Assembly (NCBI GenBank): GCA_951406725.2
Contig: OX597825.1
Span: 39,308,001 to 39,372,000 of the forward strand
Source of the DNA: Octopus vulgaris
Lineage: Eukaryota
Reading direction: 5' to 3'
Length of the DNA: 64,000 nucleotides
The notes under the pieces are model-generated. The model was not told the origin of the DNA. It saw only the letters and a list, made by a program, of their open reading frames with translations, and did no database searches. Within the stretch, counting starts at the first letter, position 1; each line of letters opens with the position of its first letter. Both the position numbers and the translations under genes were made by a program. This document shows positions 55,781-64,000 of the stretch, one piece after another.

Positions 55781-57626
55781 TACGTCATAAAGCTGGTACC
55801 ACCACACTTTCAAACAAAATCTGGGAACTCAAAAATAATAATAAAAATTATAACCTTAATTGGGAAATAGTTAGGAGAGCAATTCCGTATAAAAATAGTA
55901 GGGTGGGTTGTCAACTATGCTCCATGGAGACATATGAAATTCTAAAGCATAGAAAACATAGAAACTTATTGAATAACCATATCGAACTAGGTCAAGTTTG
56001 TGTCCACGCTAAATTGAAGACTTTAAAATATTTTAAATGATTAGAATATTCGTAACTAGATAGATAGATATAACTTGATTTCTACTGGTATAGCACTGCT
56101 TTAAGTAGATAACTAAGAGTTCTCACACTACAGTTATCTTTTTCCTTATATCTGCATCAGTTTTTTGAGAACAGGGAAATGAATAGTACTTATTCGCTGC
56201 TTAATTGAGGCTTTATTTAATTTCAAACTCACAATTTTTAAATTCTTAATTTTAAATCTTAATTGTAATTTTTAATTTTAATTCCTAACTTAATCTAATT
56301 TAATTAGCATAACTCTAATTAATTAAAATGAGTTACTATAGACCCATAATTCTATTTCAAAATTAAATAAATAAGGCTATTCCCTCGGTGATAATATGAT
56401 TATCTTCATTATGATAGACAATCCCCTAACACCTTTTAAATGATCTTCTAAGATTTGACCTGTAGTCCGTCAATGTATGAATAATAACGGCAACTCCTTA
56501 AGACAATAAAATGAATAAATTAAATAAGTAAATTTTAATGAATTTTTTGATAAGATTATACCTAGTTTTCCTAATGTATTTTCTGGTGATTTTAGCATCT
56601 GACCCCTAAACCCCTGACTGTGTTATCTCTTTAGATTCTCTTTAAATTCATAGCTGATTTCAACAGCAATAAATTAGCTGTTTTACTGGTCAAAGAATAA
56701 TATTCTCCTCTAGTTCCTAGATGCCTGTAAATTAAAACCAGACTTGCCGTCTACTAATTCTTCTGTATAACTAGAACCCTCTTTTTTTTCTTTTTCTTTC
56801 TTCTTTCTTCTTTTTTCTTTTTTCCCTTCCTTCCCTATTTCTTTCTCTTTCCTCTTTTTTTCTTTTTCTTCTTCTTATTCTCTTTTTCCTTTTCTCTTCT
56901 CTTTTAGTCCCCCCCCCTTTTTGCTCCCTCCTCCTTTATTTTCTCTCTTTTATTCTATTCCCTTCCCTTTTCTATTCTATACCGCTCTAGAAAGCCCTTC
57001 AGCCTTTTAAAAGTTAAATAGCTACAGCCTCTTGTAAATAGCAGTAATGTGATTAATGTGGCAAATACCTAATCATATAACAAGAATTGATACCTACCTC
57101 ATTGTGTTCAACCATTGATAAATTTATCGCCTGTGAATATGAAATTCCTTGAAATTTACATCTACACCATTGGAAATTGTGCATCTATACAAAGGATTAA
57201 TTCACCCTCTCTGTAATGCTAATAAGCAGGAATTGAAACCCACCTCGTTGTAATTAACAATGGATAAATTTGTCTTCTGTGAGTATGTAATCCCTCATCA
57301 TATCTCTGGAAATTCATATGTGCACTATGGATTAGGTCACCTCCTCTGTGATGCTATTAAAACTTTTTTAAAATTCTGTGATAAGACTGTACATCATCTT
57401 TAAAGAACTTTAATGAACTTTTGAAATCTGTTTATGTTACTTAATTATCTACATTACTTCATGAGTATAGCCTCAACCACTAGGATGTCTAGAGAACTCA
57501 CATGTATTTTAGCTGATGAGTACGGGACACGTTTATATGCTGTAATTTTTGCAACTTTTAATAAAACCTGTCCTTGTATGAAACGATTGTACTAAAAACC
57601 TATCCATTCTTGTGCTTCATTCTCGC
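55778..57626 (+). repeat. Right arm of 1.84-kb inverted repeat
   Basis: Reverse complement of 51618-53455 with only a few differences. Confidence 0.92.
57507..57597 (+). ncRNA. Type I hammerhead ribozyme (inverted arm copy)
   Basis: Same sequence as 51648-51738, on the plus strand. Confidence 0.85.
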
Positions 57627-57871
57627 TTATAATCACCCCACATTACTGTATTGTTAAATCAGTATAGTTTTTTTTGGTGCATCTAAGTTAGGTACCATAT
57701 TCAAGTAAATTCATTTAAATTAACTTGAATCTTTATTGCTTTTTATATATATATATATATATACACACATATAGTTGAAATTTTCAGAAAAAGAAAAGTC
57801 AAAGACAGGTGTATAAACACCATGCAAGTGTAATTTATATATATATATATGAGAAAGACATCATATATATA

Positions 57872-58252
57872 GGAGCAGGAGTGGCTGTGTGGTAAGTAGC
57901 TTGCTAACCAACCACATGGTTCCGGGTTCAGTCCCACTGCGTGGCACCTTGGGCAAGTGTCTTCGGCTATAGCCCCGAGCCGACCAATGCCGACGGAAAC
58001 TGAAAGAAGCCTGTCGTATATATGTATATATATATGTATATATGTGTGTGTGGTGTGCTTGTGTGTCTGTGCTTGTCTTCCTAGCATTGCTTGACAACTG
58101 GTGTGTTTACGTCCCCTTCACTTAGCGGTTCGGCAAAAGTGACCGATAGAATACGTACTAGGCTTACGAAGAATAAGTCTCGGGGTCGATTTGCTCGACT
58201 AAATGCGGTGCTCCAGCATGGCCGCAGTCAAATGACTGAAACAAGTAAAAGA
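57872..58252 (+). mobile_element. tRNA-derived SINE (15051 family)
   Basis: A/B boxes, body with small deletions and a gtaaaagag tail. Confidence 0.9.
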
Positions 58253-58273
58253 GTATATATATATATATATATA

Positions 58274-59020
58274 CTAGCAGTATCGCCCGGCGTTGCTCAG
58301 GTTTCTAAGGGAAATAACTATAAAGCATTTTTAGAGAGTTATAGCCAAAAAATAGAAAAAAAATGATGGTAAATTTTTTTTGAGTTAAAACAGGTGGAGT
58401 TGCGTCCCCTAGACGGTCTGTGGTTTGGGTTTCTCATTCTCGACCCCATGTCGAATTTATCGATTTTTTTCAGAACTTTTCAAAATTTTCGCTGCGTTAG
58501 TTTTGAATTATGACATTGGGCTATGTGTGTGTCAAGTTTCATCAGAATCGGTTGAAAGCCGTGGTCAGAGTGAGGGTACGAGAAAACAGACACACAGAAA
58601 CACGCACAGACAAACTGCCGTTTATATAGAGAGAGATAGCAGTATCGCCCGGCGTTGCTCAGGTTTGTAAGGGAAATAACTATAAAGCATTTTTAGAGAG
58701 TTATAGCCAAAAAATAGCAAAAAAATGGAAAAAAATGATGGTAAATTTTTTTTGAGAGTTAAAACAGGTGGAGTTGCGTCCCCTAGACGGTCTGTGGTTT
58801 GGGTTTCTCATTCTCGACCCCATGTCGAATTTATCGATTTTTTTTCAGAACTGGGGGAACTTTTCAAAATTTTCGCTGCGTTAGTTTTGAATTATGACAT
58901 TGGGCTATGTGTGTGTCAAGTTTCATCAGAATCGGTTGAAAGCCGTGGTCAGAGTGAGGGTACGAGAAAACAGACACACAGAAACACGCACAGACAAACT
59001 GCCGTTTATATAGAGAGAGA
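58274..59020 (-). mobile_element. Head-to-tail dimer of a ~370-bp non-autonomous Helitron-like element
   Basis: Minus strand starts TC and ends CTAG, between A and T. Subterminal GC-rich hairpin cccggcgttgctcagg. Units are 58274-58636 and 58637-59020. Confidence 0.7.
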
Positions 59021-59574
59021 TATATATATAGGAAAAGGACAACTAGTCTGAAATCTCGAAATGGGATGTATGTAGAAACAATAGTGAATATTAAAGTTTA
59101 TTTACCAACAAAACTTGGCAGTTTACATAGTACTATGTAACTATAATTTAACCCGAGGAAAACATCTTTTCCAACTGTTTTATCGACACCTGGCCTGTGT
59201 CATAAATATACTGTAAGTAAAGGGTCTATTACTCCCTTATAGCAGTCGCAGTCGGCGGTACCAGCAAACTAATGATTTCTAGATAATTTTCTTTCTTCTT
59301 GTACCTAGCTTACACACACACACACACACGCACACACACACATGTGCATATTTCATTAAAAGTAACGAAACAAGAAAAACAATGGCTATGTTATGAACCT
59401 CATTACCTTGCATATGTTTTTCCTATAATTGCAAGAGAAAGCTGACTGTACTTATTCTATCGATTTCTCATCCCGAACGGCTATGTTACGGGGACGTAAA
59501 CACACCAACATCGGTTGTCAAGTGATGTCGGCGGGACTAACACAGACGCAGAAATATATAAACACATATATATG

Positions 59575-59623
<49 letters not shown>

Positions 59624-59910
59624 TATGTTACGAAAAGAAAATATAAAATACACGTGGAAATGTAAGGGTAAAATATGAAAAATCAACGAAAATGCATATT
59701 GCAAATAGAAAAAGGCTATTTATGACAAGTAGCGACAAATTTATACATTTAGATTGACTGAGGTAGTAATACGAGTCATAAAGGTCATTATTATGACGTT
59801 ATTATAAGATGATAATAAAGTAAGAGAACAAAACGAACCAATGTTTAACGCGATGCTATTCATCGTTTTATCGACATAAGCACATACACAGACAATCTCT
59901 CACATATATG

Positions 59911-60801
59911 CGAGGGGCTACTCTAAAGTAACGGTAAACATTTCTCTGTGAGACAAGCCCGCTAAAATTCAGGCTTCCGCCGCTATAAGCTATTTGATGC
60001 TACCCTCATAAATCAGTCTGCTGACCGGTGTTTTCTGATGTTGTCGCACTACTATGTAGTGCATCCTTGTTTTGCAGTGCTTCTCCCCCGTTCTTCGATT
60101 TTGGCGATGGCTGAAACTAAAGAAAAGCGTGCTTCCTTGAAATGTTGTGTTCCGCTGGGGAAGATGGCGGCCGAAAAGAGAGCTGTCGTGCTTACAAGGC
60201 CACTGAAATGAGCAAAACAAGTTTACGACCAGTTTTTACACTTTAGGAATGGTAATTTGCTGCTTGATAACTAACCACGTTCAGTGGCACCGTCGATACC
60301 CAGAACAAATAAAACCTCATGAAAATTCATAAACGTAACTTAGAGGACCATCAGCGGACAATCGTTGAAGTTTTTGATATGACTGGTGTGCTCTGGAGCT
60401 CCTGCCAACGAATTTTGAGTGAAGAATTGTGAAGGATGAGAGTTGCAAAAAATCTGTGGTTCACTCGCTCCCGGAAGTTGAAAAACAGATACGTCTGAAT
60501 GCGTATCGTGAACTGAAAGAACAGTTGGAAATTGTTCTAAAACATTTTTGGTAGGTCATCACTGGGGACGACAGCAGGTGCGAGGGTATGTGCAGATGGG
60601 GAAGTATTGAAATTTGAAACGACAGAAGCTTTAACAGGCATCACCTCACAAGAATTCCAGCGCTGCTTCCAACTAGGGAAAGCGTGTCTGGACCAATGCA
60701 TTGCTCCAAATGGAGAATACTTTAAATGTAATAAAATGTAAACATGCAAATCAAAGTGAATAAAATATTGCAGACTTCCGTTGTCCTTTGGGTAGCCATT
60801 G
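59911..60801 (+). mobile_element. Internally deleted, decayed mariner element
   Basis: Degenerate TIRs cgaggggctactctaaagtaacgg / ccgttgtcctttgggtagccattg. Fragments EKRASLKC, WSSCQRILSEEL, VITGDDS and EFQRCFQ..CIAPNGEYF. Confidence 0.75.
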
Positions 60802-61261
60802 TATACACACGTGCACACACACACACGTGTACACACACACGTGCACACACGTGTATATATATATATAGATATACATATCTTGCTGGGTGTTGAAATTTAT
60901 CAGTATTTTCCAACTGGAGTCGAATGCAACAAAATGGTTAAATGTTTTTAGAGTTTCCTTGTAAATAGAATAAGTTCTACCTCGCTTGTATAGGCATAGA
61001 ATCATATTATATAAAATAATCAAGCTAAACCAGAAACGATATTTTGATAGCCTTTAACATCTGCGTTTCAGGTCACTGGATTGTAGATAAAATTGGGCTC
61101 TCACCCTTCTACAGTTAAGGGATGTTTTAATATTTTGAAATGCCTAAACTGAGGAATATGTTGTGTTAAAGATGAATACACTTTTATCTGTTGCGCAATG
61201 AAGTGAAAAGCCAGTATTGAATTCATTCATATATTACCTCTTGCTTCGTCTTCACAATATA

Positions 61262-62576
61262 CAGGGTGCAGTCAATAAAATACCGTCTAAATTATACAAA
61301 AATGAACATAACACTGACATCTCATTTTAACAGATATATTTACCAAAATTACATAAAAATATCTTAAAATACTAAAGAGTAAATTTATTCAACATCTTGA
61401 AATTCTAAAGAGTAAATTTATTCAATATCTTGCAATAGTACGGAGTAAATTTAATCAACAAAATCGCCATTGGTTTCAACCAACTCCAGACGACTTTGGA
61501 ATCTCATGCAACTCTCCCAGACGGTCTTCTTGTTCATGATGGGGAATGCTACCTTAATCGTTGCATTTAATTCATTCTTGGCATTAAAATGAATTGTGTT
61601 GGTCTCTCGCTTAACTGCACCCCACACAAAATAATCAAGTGGGTTGCAGCCTTTGGAGTTAGGTGGCCAGATGTTGGGGGTGATGTGGTTGCTGGAATTG
61701 TTTTACAGCCATCTCTGAGTTTTATGCTTGTGTGGTATGCCTCTTGCCAGATGTAAGTTGTTCCAGCAGCCACCTTATTGATCCAGGGCAGCACTACCTC
61801 CTCCATGAACATGATAGTGTTCTCCGTGTTGAATCTAAGGCCGTGTGGGAAAATAAAAGGAAGTGTAACGTCGCCATCACTAGGGATCACTCCAAAACAA
61901 TATGATGTTGACTGACTGGATGTTTGATTTCTATCACTCTCGCTACATGTTTTTGGGACACGGCAAGCCGTCGGTTGTTCGGTGGGACCACCATCTGATG
62001 CAGGCAGAATATTTCACGTCTGCGAAAAAAAAAAATATGTTCAGTTGGAATGGATGCTTGTGTTTGTTCTAAAGCTTTGTAGTGCGGTCTTTCCTGCTGT
62101 CATTGATGACTTGGAATAAAAATTGGCCCTTTCTCCTCTTGTATGGACATTACCGAATGTCTTCGTGCACTACCTACCTGACAAGAAACACATACACTCC
62201 AATGTCACTGGCGATGGACCTGATTGACATTGAGGGATTGTTGTTAATCATGGTATAGACCTCACCAACAAATTCATGAGTTAATTTCTTATCAGAACGG
62301 TCAGAGTGAATTTTCCGAGCTACCGTATCTTCGTTATCACCATTAGACTCATTCAACGTTTTCCAAATCCTCTGCTCTTTCCTCAGATTGACAAAAACGA
62401 TACTCTTAAATGTTTGTATTGAAACTTCCAGTATGCCGAGCAGTACAGCATATCCTTTCCAAATTTCTGGCAGAGTGAATGGTGTCATTTTGCTATGTTT
62501 CTAACAGACGGTACCCAAATTATACTACTTGACAAATCAAAAACAAACAATGTGCATACACAGAATCATCGCACCG
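61262..62576 (-). mobile_element. Decayed Tc1/mariner-superfamily element (maT/DD37D-like)
   Basis: TA|cagggtgc ... gcaccg|TA ends. HTH-like NNPSMSIRSIASDIGV, then SDGDVTLPFIFPHGL..VVLPWI and WPPNSKGCNPLDYFVWGAV. Confidence 0.75.
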
Positions 62577-62621
62577 TACATTTACATAAATACATACATA
62601 CATACATAGATATATACATAT

Positions 62622-62699
<78 letters not shown>

Positions 62700-63401
62700 A
62701 AGAGAGAGAGAGAAAGAGAGAGAGAGAAAGAGAGAAAGAAAGGGAGAGATGGATAGATAGATAAATAGATAGATAGATAGATATATAGATAGATTGATAG
62801 ACAGATATACGCATATGCATGTATGTATGTATTTATATATGTATGTGGAAATATGTTCGTGTCCATGTGAAATACCCCCTCGAAATATTGCAGCAATATA
62901 CAGAATAGGCCTTTTTATTACTGAAATACTATTAGGAATTGCCTTCTCATTTGTATTTCTTGTGTCCTACATCAAGTATTTTAGAGCTTCTACACTATTG
63001 CATATTGGTATCCACTTACAGCATAAACGACTTCATGCTACGTCACGGAAAATCAAGATGGCAGTGTGGTAACTCATGTAATATGCAGTTTTCAATTGAG
63101 GAATAACTCTCATTTTAGTCGTCAGCAACGATTGAACGAAATTTCGTTTCAAAGTAATCGTTGCAATGTATTGTATAATTATTACTTTCTGTCATTGATG
63201 CAGTTATTGATTCACAGCAGCATACATATATGTGTTGCTTTTGTATCTGTTGTTTAATCGGAAGTAAATTAATGTCCACTTTTAAATATCATATTATTTC
63301 ACATGTCCCACACCTCAGGCTATCATATTTCTGATACGTTAATTTTACTCTGCTTTATTGTATTGTGATCGTAACATAAATGTTTTGCTTGGTGTCATAA
63401 A

Positions 63402-64000
63402 TACGAGGGGTGTATGAAAAGTCTTGAGCCTCAAAAAAGCAAAACATGGTACACAATTTCTGATGATTTATTTTTTAACATAATCCACCTCGATGCTAAA
63501 ACGCCATTATCCCGGCGTAAAAGAACTCTCATTTGAGACTCCATGAAACTTCCTACAGCGTCTATGACATCATTGTCACTAGCAAAATAGCGACCAGCTA
63601 GAGATGTTTTGCATTTTGGGGAATAGATGAAAGTCAGAGGGTGCTAAGTCTGGCGAATAAGGCGGATGGGGAAAAAGTCAGTGTCTACAATCACAAAGTG
63701 TTACCATGGCAACCACTGAGGTGTGAGCTGAAGCATTGTCATGATAAAAAGGGACTCGTCTGGTGAGGATTCACTGCATTTTTTCTTTGATTGCTTCTCG
63801 GAGGCGTTTCAGTAACACGGAGTGACCCCTTTCAACATGATTGATCAACAAAACACCTTGAGAATCCCCCAAAACGAACGTTATGACTTTGCCAGCTGAA
63901 TGAATGATCCTGTCCTTCTTTGGGGTAGTAGAAGATGAATCTAAATTCGTTTTCGTCCATAGTAATAAAACGAGCAAGAACATTCTCTCAATCGGCTGCA
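63402..64000 (-). mobile_element. 3' part of decayed mariner (DD34D-type), continuing beyond the window
   Basis: TA|cgaggggtgtatgaaaagt TIR. Minus strand SAGKVITFVLGDSQGVLLI, YHDNASAHTS and HPPYSPDLAPSDFHLFP. Confidence 0.85.

Larger units (their letters stand above)
51618..57741 (-). mobile_element. Penelope-like element (probably Hydra clade), 5'-truncated, with inverted 5' copy of its 3' region, inserted in (TA)n
   Basis: Minus-strand RT-GIY-YIG. 51618-53455 is the reverse complement of 55778-57626. Hammerhead in each arm. Confidence 0.85.

Noticed and set aside
61374-61460. Three ~30-bp repeats, superficially CRISPR-like
   Set aside because: Degenerate tandem repeats without unique spacers, inside a eukaryotic transposon end.

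Overview
AT-rich, microsatellite-dense eukaryotic DNA with no recognisable host gene. The SINE families and repeat texture suggest an octopus genome (inference). There is one 100-N scaffold gap at 9844-9943. The window is almost entirely transposable elements. Two young Penelope-like elements (PLEs) are present: a Neptune-type copy with direct pseudo-LTRs (23773-29516) and a probable Hydra-type copy with a 1.84-kb inverted repeat (51618-57741). There are also two decayed PLEs, R4/Dong-type LINEs at an (AAT)n tract, Tx1 and CR1-like remnants, several tRNA-derived SINEs, Helitron-like non-autonomous elements and four Tc1/mariner relics. Three observations stand out. (1) The Neptune-type PLE has a separate 535-aa upstream ORF that overlaps the RT-GIY-YIG ORF in the -1 frame exactly at an in-frame U_UUU_UUA slippery heptamer. 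(2) A non-coding 557-nt unit with a hammerhead ribozyme is integrated with terminal redundancy plus an inverted arm, which is retrozyme-like. (3) Several unrelated hammerhead motifs, some non-canonical, lie beside (TA)n tracts. Most short ORFs in the track are microsatellite artefacts. All RNA folds and alignments were done by eye.
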